From the NCBI GenBank assembly GCA_964016885.1, contig OZ024745.1:132432001-132496000 (forward strand): a stretch of DNA of 64,000 nucleotides, read 5' to 3'. The stretch is from Eledone cirrhosa. Taxonomy: Eukaryota. The position numbers were made by a program, and so were the translations under genes. The notes beneath the pieces were generated by a model that saw only the letters and a list, made by a program, of their open reading frames with translations, was not told the origin of the DNA and made no database searches. Numbering within the stretch: the stretch's first letter is position 1; each line of letters starts with the position of its first letter. Shown here piece by piece: positions 44,118 to 56,959 of the stretch.

Positions 44118-44333
44118 GTTTCTGATTTAGATACAAGGCCAAACGTTTTGGTGGAGGCGAAAGTCGATTAATTCCACTGCTGTGCGTTACTGGTACTTTA
44201 TTTTATCGACCCACTAAAGATGAAAGGCAAAGCTAACCTCAGCAGGCTTTCAAATCAGAACGTAAAGAGACGTAACTCTACGCCGCAAAGAATGTTGTCC
44301 GACGCTCTACCGATACTGCTAATCTATCACCCT
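44118..44333 (-). mobile_element. Nin-domain SINE (diverged)
   Basis: TTACTGGTACTTTATTTTATCGACCC..GATGAAAGGCAAAG and tRNA-like head. Confidence 0.8.
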
Positions 44334-44728
44334 TGGCTATTCAATGATAATAACTAGAATAATTACCAAGTATCTATTTTGACCACAGGTGAATTATGTA
44401 TCTCATTTATATATAAATCCACATGCTGCCGTCTATGAAACCCAGTTCAGATGTCCAATAGATTCCTGGTTTTCATTAAAACACACACTATTTGCAATTA
44501 TTAATGTTCGGTACATAACTCTTCCGTATAGAATGCAGCTTGTCGCAGCGAACACTTCCAGATAATTCAGGGCCTATTTGGACGGCAGATGTGAAGTGGA
44601 AATGGATTCGAGTATCAGTAACAGAGCGGGATTTTTGCATTGAATTTACCATTGAAACACTTATTTCTCAGTCATCTCTATTCTATATATGATGTAGAAA
44701 ATCTCCCTAAAGTTGATATCATATTGTG

Positions 44729-44870
44729 AAGGTGCATGGCTTAGTGGTTAGAGCATTGGGCTCGCAATCGAAAGGTTGTGAATTCAATTCTCGGACCGGG
44801 TGATGTGTTGTTTCCTTGAACAAGACACTTTATTTCACATTGCTCCAGTTTACCCAGCTGTAGAAATGAG
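44729..44870 (+). mobile_element. tRNA-derived CORE-like SINE
   Basis: TGGCTTAGTGGTTAG A box, GAATTCAATTC B-box-like, CCTTGAACAAGACACTT core. Confidence 0.72.
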
Positions 44871-45715
44871 ATGATAGGACTGATTTCCCTATCATTAAAT
44901 TACCCAAGACACCTCCAACGAAATATACCTTGGGGGAAGCCAGCTAAACCTGCATAGGTGTGAGCTGTCAAACGCCATCACACCTCTTGGAACGTGAGTG
45001 ATTAAACGTAAGTTAATAATTGGATTTGAACGGATACAAAATCGCACTATTTGAAAATGGATTAAGTGTTAGCAGTTCTAGTCTTGCTGCCAGTGGCTGC
45101 ATTTCAAAACTAAAAATAGAAGTAAATCGCCCAACTGGTTCTATGTAACAATGTATCAATATAAATGGATAACATTAAAAAATACAGAACAAAGCTTTAT
45201 TTAGTTATGAGATAATGGTATGTTGTTGCCTAATAATGTATAATAGAAATACAAAGTAAAATACATTGATTATTACAATTAATAAAGTTGCAAAGTAAGT
45301 ATTTAGTCAACTTTATTAAGTCATTTGTTATATAGGAGAGGGGATTTGATAGAAAGTTTTCGGGAAATTTATTGAGGTTAATGAGACAGTTAAGGTCAAA
45401 GAGATGCTGGCAAGAATCAAATATGAGGAGATAGTAAAGGTAATTAGTTTGACCTTAGTCAATAGTTATTTGTTAGCGAAAGATTGATATGCTTTAGCTA
45501 TAGCTAGACTCATCTGGAGATAAATAGATTTAATTTGGTTTTACTGACCCCGCCGTTGGTGGTGCTCTGTCTTAGAAGTGCAGGAATTGTTCATTAGAGC
45601 GGTAAGTGACGGGTTCTAAGCGGGGATTGTATCTAGGCAATTAGTTACTACTAATAATAGTCTCGAGTGCGAAGATATGTTCAACGAATACTGTTTTAGA
45701 TGAGACTATATAACA

Positions 45716-45758
<43 letters not shown>

Positions 45759-46305
45759 CATACTCACACACACACATATGATTCATATATATGTAAATAT
45801 ATATATATTATATAGTTATAGAGGTATTTATATACGCTTTAATATTTTTATATTTTTAATTATCACGTCTATATTCTGCCTTTCATAGGTTATGGATTCC
45901 ATACACTGGTGGTTTTTCCCTGTTTTATTGATGGCGCACTGTATCTCTCTCTAGTGTGTTACCTTTTCAACATATTGTATTTTAAAGTGCACAGGATTTC
46001 CTCTCCTTTGAGCACATTATTTACAGGGAACGACGAGAGTCTATGGTTCCGTTATTGTATCGTGATATATACATATATATATACATATATATATATTATA
46101 TGTAAATATATATATATACATATATACATATACATATATATATATATATATATTGTTATACTTTGGGAGGGTCATGTTGCCAATAAGTAACACACGCACC
46201 AGTTGCTTTCACTCCAATTTATTATAAATTAAATTCATAAATTTAAGAATTTATAAATTTCCGGTTGGTTGGTTGGTTCCATAACCGGACGGTTGTTCAT
46301 ATATT

Positions 46306-46348
46306 GTCAAAGTTCTTTCGTCACACATTCTGTGACCTCTTCAGTGAC
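46306..46348 (-). ncRNA. Minimal type-I HHR (left arm)
   Basis: Exact reverse complement of 46658-46700. Confidence 0.75.
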
Positions 46349-46657
46349 TGGCGATTCTTTTCTTTGTTTTTGTGCCTCTCCTTTGTTCTGTCCTACGCCA
46401 TCTTGTTTTTATTTTTTGTTGTTAGTGATTGGAATGAAAATGAAAATAATTGCTCATCATTATCAATACCTCCTGTCTTCTTCAAGGAATATTTCTTCTT
46501 CTTCTTCTTCTTCTTCTTCTTCTTCTTCTTCTTCTTCTTCTTCTTCTTCTTCTTCTTCTTCTTCTTCTTCTTCTTCGCTGAAATTGAACACACACAAAAA
46601 CAAGATGGCGTAGGGGAGAACATAGGAGAGGCACAAAAACAAAGAAAAGAATCCCCA

Positions 46658-46700
46658 GTCACTGAAGAGGTCACAGAATGTGTGACGAAAGAACTTTGAC
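46658..46700 (+). ncRNA. Minimal type-I HHR (right arm)
   Basis: GTCA-CTGAAGA-G-GTCAC-agaatgt-GTGAC-GAAA-G-aa-C-TT/TGAC: stem I GTCA/TGAC, stem II 5 bp, vestigial stem III. Confidence 0.75.
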
Positions 46701-46910
46701 AATATATGAACAACCGTCCGATTATGGAACCAACCAACCAACTGGAAATTTATAAATTCTTAAATTTATAAATTTAATTTATAATAAATTGGAGTGAAAG
46801 CATATGGTGCGTGTGTTACTTATTGGCAACATGACCCTCCCAAAGTATAACAATATCGGTTTCAACACACGTTTTCAGATAAAGAATCTTGCTAAACAAA
46901 TTCAGAAACG

Positions 46911-46962
<52 letters not shown>

Positions 46963-46981
46963 GTAAATATATATACATATG

Positions 46982-47082
<101 letters not shown>

Positions 47083-47085
47083 ATG

Positions 47086-47449
47086 TATATATAGTGTATT
47101 TTGCAATACACTGTATGCTTAATTAAAAGCATTTCGAAGACCTTATGCTGTTTGCTGAAAATTTAAAGTAAGCGAGACTGTCACTACTGTAAAAAGTTCC
47201 ATAAGGTCTTCGAAATGCTCTTAATTCATGATTTTCAGCAAACAGGCTTTGATAAGTACCAATCAGTACGAAACATAGCTCCCTCAGCTTTATCTTCCCT
47301 GTTTGCTGAACATTTAAAGTAAGTGAGACTCTCACTACTGTAAAAAATAGCATAAGGTCTTCTAAATGCTTTTATTTAAGCATACAGTGTATTGCAAAAT
47401 ACACTATATATACATTCATATATATATCGCTATTTCAGAGCGCCAATTC

Positions 47450-47455
<6 letters not shown>
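47086..47455 (+). mobile_element. HHR family F element with inverted 5' segment and degenerate HHR at 47245-47289
   Basis: Arms 47087-47150 and 47347-47410 inverted; GGCT-TTGATAA-GTAC-caatca-GTAC-GAAA..TC-AGCT at the position homologous to the intact HHR at 2687-2728. Confidence 0.75.
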
Positions 47456-47540
<85 letters not shown>

Positions 47541-47541
47541 G

Positions 47542-47573
<32 letters not shown>

Positions 47574-47820
47574 TAGTAATAATAATAAATCCAAAGAGGG
47601 CTCGATAAGGATAAATATATATCAAATATATAAGAACCGTAGAGCAAATATTTATTAAAATAACAGATTAAAATTTAAGCAAAGAATCGCTGCTTTCACC
47701 CTTAACGGGATCTTCTGAAACTAACAAAGCCAATCTGTCAACGCAGAAGTGGATATTTCAAAAAACTTTGCAACCGGAGGAAGACAGGAAGACGATACTT
47801 TGGTTAAGTGGAAACGCTCC

Positions 47821-48084
47821 CTGGCAAAGAACGGGAAAAACGAATATAATACGTCATTAATAGGAGGTGTGAAAAACAATTACGCGCAAAGACAGAACCA
47901 CGTTTATGGTATAAAAGAAGTCGTAGACTAATGTTCTCATAGGTGGTTCATAGAGACGTTCTCTGGCAATGAACGGAAAAAGCGAAGATAATACGTCATA
48001 TGTGGACCGTGGAGAACAATAGCACGCAAAGACAAAACCACGTAAATGGTATAGCTGAAGTCGTAGACTAAAATTCTAACTAGG
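47821..48084. repeat. Diverged ~142-bp direct tandem duplication
   Basis: CTGGCAA.GAACGG..ATAATACGTCAT..CGCAAAGACA.AACCACGT..GAAGTCGTAGACTAA occurs twice. Confidence 0.8.
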
Positions 48085-48389
48085 AAACCGAATGAATCTC
48101 CGCTTCAGAGTTAAGAATAAAGTAAATAAAATACAATACAGAGGTAATAGAAATTAAATAAATACATACACGCATGCAAATACGTACATACACAAGCATA
48201 CGCGAAAACACTTGCCACAGGTATACAAAACCACGCACATATAAATATGTGTGTGTGTGTGTGTGCGTGTATACAAATAAATAAATAATTAATAATACTT
48301 AAATAAACGTATATAAATAGATAAATACGTATATAACAAGCGCACACACATACCTAGATGTAAATACACAAATGTTTGGAGACGTAAAA

Positions 48390-48864
48390 TCACTTGTAAT
48401 AATTCTTTACAAACATCTCACTGTGTAACACACTTCTCTTTGTGTAATATATACTTGCATTTGAGCTCAGAAGGAAATTCTCTATTCTTCTTTGAGCTAA
48501 TACTATTATTATTATTACAGTGAACTGCGGAATACTCTTAATTCCGATCTTTGTATATTTAATGAGCTCCAAATTGTTGAGCTAATAAATTCGAATGATT
48601 GGGCTGCACTTTCTAGCGTCTTCCCCAATCCATGAGAGCCGTTATTTGATGCAAATAACAAGTGATTTCGCCCTACTCTAGGAAGCGTGTCTATTAGCAA
48701 TCTCTCTATCTATGAGGTTAGTTGTGTAGTGTTCAGTGTTCGAAACGGCCTGAGCTCAGCCGTCGGGGTCCTACTCGTTCCTATTACCCTCTCTACTACC
48801 CTAAGTATTGAGTACCTTGGTGCGTTATGGTCCACCTGGTTCCTTGCCACATTTCCTTCGTTAT
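48390..48864 (+). mobile_element. Family B copy (permuted) fused to family A
   Basis: 48390-48556 matches rc of 20277-20442; 48598-48742 matches rc of 20641-20785; then GAAACGGCCTGAGCTCAGCCGTCGGGGTC and the family A tail. Confidence 0.8.
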
Positions 48865-48865
48865 C

Positions 48866-49102
<237 letters not shown>

Positions 49103-49142
49103 ACACACACACACACATATACATATATATATATATATGTAT

Positions 49143-49276
<134 letters not shown>

Positions 49277-50328
49277 TCCTAAGACTGATATCTTTACAAT
49301 GAACACTCATTAAATATTTGACCTCATTTTGTTTTATTTTTCCATCCTACGCACTTTTCAATTCATTACTAATTTCGAACTTGCTAATTAATTATAAATT
49401 TCGAATAAGTTTCTAATTAATTAGAATTGTTATAGTTCATATTAATGAATATTGATATTTAATTAGTGTTAGTTAATTTCCACATTCCCTAGTGTTTCTT
49501 ATAATCCGTTCTTGTACGAAATGCCTTACGGAAATCGGATGACCTTTCTCTTATAACTTTAGACTTAGATGTATCTCAGCTTTACTTAATATTTAATGTA
49601 CAACTTGTGTAATGTACGTGTATGCTAGAACCTTTTTATGGTATTTCCCCTACATGTGATATTTGGAGGTAATCTCACCAAAGTAGACAGCAGTACTATT
49701 ATTTCGATCAACTCCTATATTAAGTATTATCCATCCCCCTTATTAATTGTATTTGCTATCCACATTAATTTATTGTCATTTCGTGCGTTTCTCCGTAATT
49801 ATTCTTTCTGATACGCAAAATACTTAATAAAAGTTGTATGATATTAAATACACTATCATTCATTTTGACAGTTCCTTGACATTTTTCCAATATAACACTT
49901 TTTCGTGTCATACCAACTTAGCTAGAAGCTATTTAAACAGATATGCTATATAAATGACTTATGGTGTTTTCTTCAACCTTCAGATTGTTGTGTTTATTAA
50001 ATATATTTCTCAATATAAATTTTGAGGGAACAGCTCATAATATATAATTTCGATAATCTCTCTAAATTTATGGTTTCCTTTTCATGTGAAAATTATCATA
50101 GAAATGCCTTCTGTCTTGGCATGATTGAAGCCTTGTTTTTCCAAGGAAATCGAATGCACCAAGTAAGGAATATATTTGTTTCTTTTGAAAAATAAAAAAT
50201 ACTTGTGGGAGTCGCCAGCACCCATACGAAAATATACAAACCGGTGTAAGCAACGATCATATAAGTTACTCTAATACATGGTTGTAGTATATAGATACAT
50301 GTTTTAATTTTCATTATTATCGAAACAT

Positions 50329-50443
50329 TGAGTTCAAATCCCGCCGACGTTAACTTTGCCTTTCATCCTTACGGGGTCGATAAAATAAAGTACCAGTAAT
50401 GTACTGGGTAATTTCTGGCCTTGTGCCTAAAGTAGAAACAATT
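50329..50443 (+). mobile_element. 5'-truncated Nin-domain SINE
   Basis: 16-bp TSD ATTATCGAAACATTGA (50316 and 50441). Confidence 0.9.
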
Positions 50444-51054
50444 ATCGAAACATTGAACATCTTTACTGCTACGATATTTCATTTTCCATTTTGATTGTAT
50501 TAAATACACCATAACACTATCAACCATCAAACGTCTGAAAATTGTTTTTTATCATTAAGAGTCTCTTTTTAGTTTTGGTTTCATTTTCCATTTAAGCCCT
50601 CAAATAATACTCAGCTAACCAGCAGCTGTTTATATTTCTATTTCATTTATGTACAGCTCCCCAATTCGTCTCTTTCTATAGACTCGTTACTATCTTATCA
50701 CTACAAGTATTCTTTACAATTTATTTAATTTTCATTATTCTTTATTGTTGATGCCAGCAGTAAAAACCAGTTATTTTCATTATTTCCATAATTTCTACAA
50801 CCCACCTCGCTACAACTCTAATTCACCCAGTTCCTCTGCAATAGCGTCATATCTACCACATTCTCTAATCACACCCGATACGCGCTATTCGTTACATCCA
50901 TGTTTGCTTCTTCAAATATCAGTAAACACCTTGAAATTATTCCTCCGGGTATTTGCAAGCATGTAGGAACCTCTTTCCCCATTTGATTTCATATGTCAAC
51001 GTAGACATTTTCAAACGTAATGTAAAGTCAGATTCAATGCCTCTCCTCTGCTAA

Positions 51055-51100
<46 letters not shown>

Positions 51101-51277
51101 TATATATATATATTTATATTTATATATATATATCCAGATAAATCAATCTACCAATCAATGGTAGGGTCTAAACCGTATGAAGAACTCAATGTAATCCGTA
51201 TGTAGAAGATGTCCTGCAGCAAAGTTTAAAATACAAAATTTTCAACGATATAATTCTTTGGATACAGAGTCAAAAAT

Positions 51278-51590
51278 AGAAATATTAAAACAATGAAATT
51301 AAATAAAAAACGGTTAATTCATAGTAAAACTCATTATTTTACGATCGTTTCGGGGGGGGGGGGTAGTTCTCCGTATGTCCATTCAATTATTGATCTATAT
51401 AAAATATATTACAAAATATCATAGTAAGAAAAAATACATGCGTCTTCAATACCCGCCGTCTGTAATATATTTTACATAGATCAATAATTGAATGGAAATA
51501 CGGGGAACTACCCCCAGAAACGATCGTAAAATAATGAGTTTTACTATGAATTAACCGTTTTTTGTTTAATTTCATTGTTTTAATATTTCT
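51278..51590. repeat. Fold-back element, ~130-bp arms, HHR 3'-half motif
   Basis: 51278-51413 is rc of 51461-51590; arm contains GGGG-AACTA-CCCC-ca-GAAA-CGATCG-TA. Confidence 0.88.
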
Positions 51591-51627
51591 CTCTCTCTAT
51601 ATATATATAGAATAAGGAAAAACGAAG

Positions 51628-52895
51628 TAGTTTCAGATGTTCAAGTCTTTTAATAATAAGGCTGTGATATATATTTCAACGGCGACAGTGGACACACTGT
51701 TCCGTGCGCCAGTGTCGCGACATCGCCAGAGATCTTGTTACATAATAAGGTTATGTTTCCGAGGCAATCCAAATTGAATCGACATGGACGGACATAATAA
51801 TAACTTTCGGCAGGATAAATACGCGGAAACAAAAACAAAGATAAACCCCTATTTTCCTGCACCAAATCGCATTTGAACAGAAGCCCCCCTCAATTCAATC
51901 TATAAATGGACAAATTGACAATCATATTGATCATCTATCTCATTTTGCATATATGTACTCTATGTGTTTTTTGCATTTATTCATTTATTAGTTTTTTTTC
52001 TTTTGTGTACTTTATATCTGTTTTTGTTTGGTTTTGTTCCATGTGATGGACATTCTAACTATGTACCCTACTAACCTACTGCCTTTCATACTGTAATTTG
52101 ACCTCTGTTCTGCTGTGCGGTACTGTCGTTCGTTATGTGGATGGTATAACTGTAACATTAATACCCCTTTCAGGACTTCTTACTTAAACATCTCTCTGCA
52201 TATTATTTACTCACTTCAATCTATATTCTTTTACTCACCTCAATCCAGATTCTCACTTGAAAAACATTTTTAATTTTTAATTGTTAATTTTTAATTTATA
52301 ATTTTTAATATTTGATTTCTGATTTTCGATTTTAAATTTTAATTTTTAGTTCTAATTTCCAACTCTCATTCATGGCTTCCACTGTGAAGCCATGATGCCT
52401 GGAATGAAGTATATTTTCTCTTAGAGGTTGATGGTCAACTATACTGTCCATGCTTAGTGAGAGGTAGTATTGAGACCTATAGATACTCACACTCTCCCAT
52501 CGCCACTGGCTTTCGACTGACTGCCACAGACGGGATAGGTAGCAGTAAGCTATATTACAGGCCTGAATGGGTCATTGTTTGGCTGAGAGGGGGAACTGAC
52601 TAAGCGAATTTCGTTGAAATCTGCGGTAGCTAATGGTCAACCTCTTTCGGACATGCGCCTGCGCAGACCGGTGGGGTGAATTGGTACTCACAGGGGAATG
52701 GATGAAGAACCCAAAAGCACACACTTCGTCCGTTCGCATGTCGATTCAATTTGGATTGCCTCGGAAACATAACCTTATTATGTAACAAGCTGTCTGACTA
52801 TGTCGCGACACTGGCGCACGGAACACTGTGTCCACTGTCGCCATTGAAATATATATCACAGCATTATTATTAAAAGACTTGAACATCTGAAACTA
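51628..52895. mobile_element. Element with ~165-bp terminal inverted arms and ~930-bp interior
   Basis: 51628-51793 is rc of 52728-52895 with scattered mismatches; no recognisable ORF inside. Confidence 0.85.
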
Positions 52896-53584
52896 TTCGA
52901 TATTTACTCCGTCACTCCTATGTGGAATAAGTACGTGGAGTGCTTGAATTGAATTGCTCGATACCTATGTATGAGTATCGCGGAAATGGCTTCTTAGACC
53001 TACAAGGGACTTGCCTATTGCATGCAGTACCATGCATCGCAAAAAATGTCACTTATCAAGCAATGCCTGTGCTTGAAGCTTTTTTTAGTAAGGAAAGGCT
53101 TTGCACAAGTTCAATCCCTCTCTCTGAACATCAAACATATTTGGATTGTACACATACATTGATATATATATAGATATATATATATAAGTTCCGAACTAGC
53201 TGTTGAAACGGCAAGAGCTCAGCCGTCGGGGTTCCAACTCTTTCATATCACCACAGTCTATTACTCCAGATATATATGTATGTATAAGTGTGCTTGTATG
53301 TGTACGTGGGAGACTGCAAGACGGAGAAAGTATGGCAGAGGGATTGGGTTATGTATAAAGCTAATATCTTAAAAGGAAACTGTGCAATTGACCTCTGTAA
53401 AATATTTGAGTCGAAGCTGCTGAAAGGCAACCACTCTCCTGGCAATTGCCCAACTGAGAAGGGGAAAAATTAACTAATTTATTTGGTTGCTATGTATACG
53501 GCATTAATATATAAATCAAATTAGTCGCTATAGGAGATATTAGGTTTATGTCTAGTATTCGCAAGTGTTAAAGAGATATAAATG

Positions 53585-53970
53585 ATTGTTTCTACTGTTT
53601 GGCACAAGGCCAGCAATTTGAAGGAAAAGGGAAAGTCAATTAAATCGACCGCAGTATGTTACTGATACTTTATTTTATCGACCCCGTAATGATGATTTGG
53701 AAACTCAGGACGTAAAGGGCCGTAACTCTATGATACAAATCATATACGACGCTCTAACAATATTGCCTTACAGATATGTAAATAATTGTTTCTACTATTG
53801 GCACAAGGCCAGCAATTATCCAAGTGTATTACTGGTACTTTATTTTATCGACCCCGTAAGGATGAAAGGCAAAGTTACCCTCGGCGGGATTTGAACTCAG
53901 ATCATAAAGGGCCGTAACTCTTTGCTGCAAAGTATGGCGTCCGACTCTCTACCGATACTGCCAATCCACC
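53585..53970 (-). mobile_element. Two adjacent Nin-domain SINE copies
   Basis: Older copy 53585-53765; younger copy 53784-53970 with 16-bp TSD CAGATATGTAAATAAT. Confidence 0.88.
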
Positions 53971-55101
53971 AGATATGTAAATAATGTAAAATATCTTCAA
54001 CTGTAAATTGAAACCACTTTTTAGTCTCACCTCCCTCGTAGTCTATGTTGTCAGCTACGGTGAACACTTAACATTTGTATTTATTTGGAACACTTTAAAA
54101 ATATTGTATATAATGTAAAATTATTTTCACTCCTAAACAATAATTAGAAAGGAATTTTTGGTAATATTTTTCTTAATAACGGAAATATTTCAATGTTTTT
54201 CTTTAGTTTTTGTTTCGAAATAATATCGGGAATATTCATTCCTTTTAAAATAAAACAAGAAATATTATATATTTTTGTTTCTTTCACATGAACAAATATT
54301 GAAGACAGAGAACAACAAATATAATCTTATGTTTCTCCATAAAATATTTAGAATGATTCGCAGAAAGATAACAAGGAATGTGAAAAACCCCTAAAATACA
54401 ATGCAAAATAAAAACAAAAAGAGAAATAAAAATTCATTGGTTCTGATTGTTTATATACTTGTTTTATTCTGTTTCAAAATTCCCAAAACAAGAAACAAAC
54501 TAATTCTTAGAAGGAATGGTACATTTCGAACAAAGATAAATGATTTCCTTAGAATGTTTTTTTTCACATAAAGATATATATTTATTTCTTTTTCTCGTTT
54601 TAGTTATTTCCATTTTTATACATTCGTTAGATATTTATCAAACCTATTGAAACGTTACATTTTCGAAAACATTTTCGAAGCAATTAATAAAGCGAACGTA
54701 AGAGATGACGGTGTTGTTATTGTTATAATAGAAGTGGTCGTAATAATAGTTATAGATATATTAGTGGTAGTGTTTGTTGTAAGTTTTCGTTTTATTACGG
54801 TATGTGTTGGAAAGGAAGATGGGTGATAGGATTTTAAAAGACGGCGAAGTAGAAAGTTTCAAGCAAAAAGAATATCGATCATTTTCCAGTGGAGTATGTT
54901 TCGTTTTAGTATATCTTTTTATTCGATGGGATAATGTAGAACTAAAGTTTCAGCGACTTACACAAATGCAGACAGACATATATACATGGGGAGGTACGAT
55001 GTTATACATACATACAAATATACATTCAAACGTACACACATAGGTACACATTACACATACTTCGCAAAACCCACTCATACATACATACATACATACACAC
55101 G

Positions 55102-55136
<35 letters not shown>

Positions 55137-55172
55137 GTGCATATATATATACAAATATATATAAATAAATGT

Positions 55173-55206
<34 letters not shown>

Positions 55207-55220
55207 GCATATATATAAAT

Positions 55221-55290
<70 letters not shown>

Positions 55291-55381
55291 ACAGATTATA
55301 GTTTAAGCAAAGAATCGCTGCTTAGTCTTCAAATTTATTATTATTACTATATATATATCTATATCTATATATCTATATATA

Positions 55382-55456
<75 letters not shown>

Positions 55457-55545
55457 ACAGATTAAAGTTTAAGCAAAGAATCGCTGCTTAGTCTTCAAAT
55501 TTATTATTATTACTATATATATATATATATCTATATCTATATATA

Positions 55546-55596
<51 letters not shown>

Positions 55597-55601
<5 letters not shown>

Positions 55602-55802
55602 AACCAGTAAGACCCCGACAGCTGAGCTCAAGCCGTTTCGACGGCTAATTCTGGACTAAAATTTTAGTCCAGAATTAGCCGTCGAAACGGCTTGAGCTCA
55701 GCTGTCGGGGTCTTACTGGTTCCTATTACCCACTCTACTACCTCAAGTATTGAGTACTTTGGTGCGTTATGGTCCACCTGGTTCCTTACCACATTTCCTT
55801 CG

Positions 55803-55805
<3 letters not shown>
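55597..55805 (+). mobile_element. Family A element with a perfect 130-bp palindrome (55597-55726)
   Basis: Centre CTAAAA|TTTTAG at 55661/55662, no mismatches seen over 65 bp per arm; inserted in (TA)n. Confidence 0.92.
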
Positions 55806-55841
<36 letters not shown>

Positions 55842-55921
55842 GATAAGCAGAACAAGCAAAATTCAACCAATTTTTTAAAATAAATTAAAAAATATAATTT
55901 AAATATTTACCTATTCTTTTG

Positions 55922-56003
55922 GCCCTTACCGATCGGTTTCGCTTTGTAAAACACCAGAAATCCAATGGATTTCTAATGGAAAATCAAAGCTCATCAGAGA
56001 AGC
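55922..56003 (-). ncRNA. Type-I HHR, unit 1
   Basis: TTCT-CTGATGA-GCTTTG..AGAAATCCA-T-TGGATTTCT..CAAAGC-GAAA-CCGATCGG-TA/AGGG; palindromic stem III; weak stem I with G-U pairs. Confidence 0.8.
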
Positions 56004-56403
56004 ATTTTCCTTTCCTAGGGCTAAAGACCCAGGAACGATAAAATATATTGTTATCTGCCAGCTAGCACAGATCCAAAAGGCCGAAAAATGACCCGTACGT
56101 GAACTGCCCGAGGTGAAAGCGGGAAAAGCATAGACGTGTTGTCTATCTCGTTACTAAAAATAGCAGCTAAATAGAAACAACAGATTTGTTCTCAACATAA
56201 CGGAGGGTAATAGAAGAAGTTAATATGCCCGTGGGTACTAAGTACCCCTGGAAATATATAGGTTGTCTATTATTTAAGGTTGTTCTAGGGTATTAATTTG
56301 ACATACCAGAACTATAATATTAAGATAAGCAGAACAAGCAAAATTCAACCAATTTTTTAAAATAAATTAAAAAATATAATTTAAATATTTACCTACTCTT
56401 TTG

Positions 56404-56485
56404 GCCCTTACCGATCGGTTTCGCTTTGTAAAACACCAGAAATCCAATGGATTTCTAATGGAAAATCAAAGCTCATCAGAGAAGC
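56404..56485 (-). ncRNA. Type-I HHR, unit 2
   Basis: Identical to the unit 1 HHR, offset 482 bp. Confidence 0.8.
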
Positions 56486-56901
56486 ACTTTCCTTTCCTAG
56501 GGCTAAAGACCCAGGAACGATAAAATATATTGTTATCTGCCAGCTAGCACAGATCCAAAAGGCCGAAAAATGACCCGTACGTGAACTGCCCGAGGTGAAA
56601 GCGGGAAAAGCATAGACGTGTTGTCTATCTCGTTACTAAAAATAGCAGCTAAATAGAAGCAACAGATTTGTTCTCAACATAACGGAGAGTAATAGAAGTT
56701 AATATGCCCGTGGGTACTAAGTACCCCTGGAAATATATAGGTTGTCTATGATTTAAGGTTGTTCTATGGTATTAATTTGACATACCAGAACTATAATATT
56801 AAGAGTTCTGGTATGTCAAATTAATACCATAGAACAACCTTAAATCATAAACAACCTATATATTTCCAGGGGTACTTAGTACCCACGGGCATATTAACTT
56901 C

Positions 56902-56952
<51 letters not shown>

Positions 56953-56959
56953 TATATAT

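Larger units (their letters stand above)
46150..46856. mobile_element. Fold-back element (family D), ~260-bp arms each carrying an HHR
   Basis: 46150-46410 is the reverse complement of 46597-46856; terminal motif TTATTGGCAACATGACCCTCCCAAAGTATAACAATA also at ~3982 and, diverged, at ~21128. Confidence 0.9.
55835..56906 (-). mobile_element. Retrozyme-like tandem dimer (482-bp unit) with two HHRs and an inverted terminal segment
   Basis: Units start at 55835 and 56317, partial third at 56796; 56804-56906 is rc of ~56690-56792; (TA)n on both sides; no ORF of 60 aa or more in the track. Confidence 0.85.

Noticed and set aside
55285-55560. ~166-bp tandem duplication with family C tail
   Set aside because: Mostly TA microsatellite; likely slippage duplication or assembly artefact.
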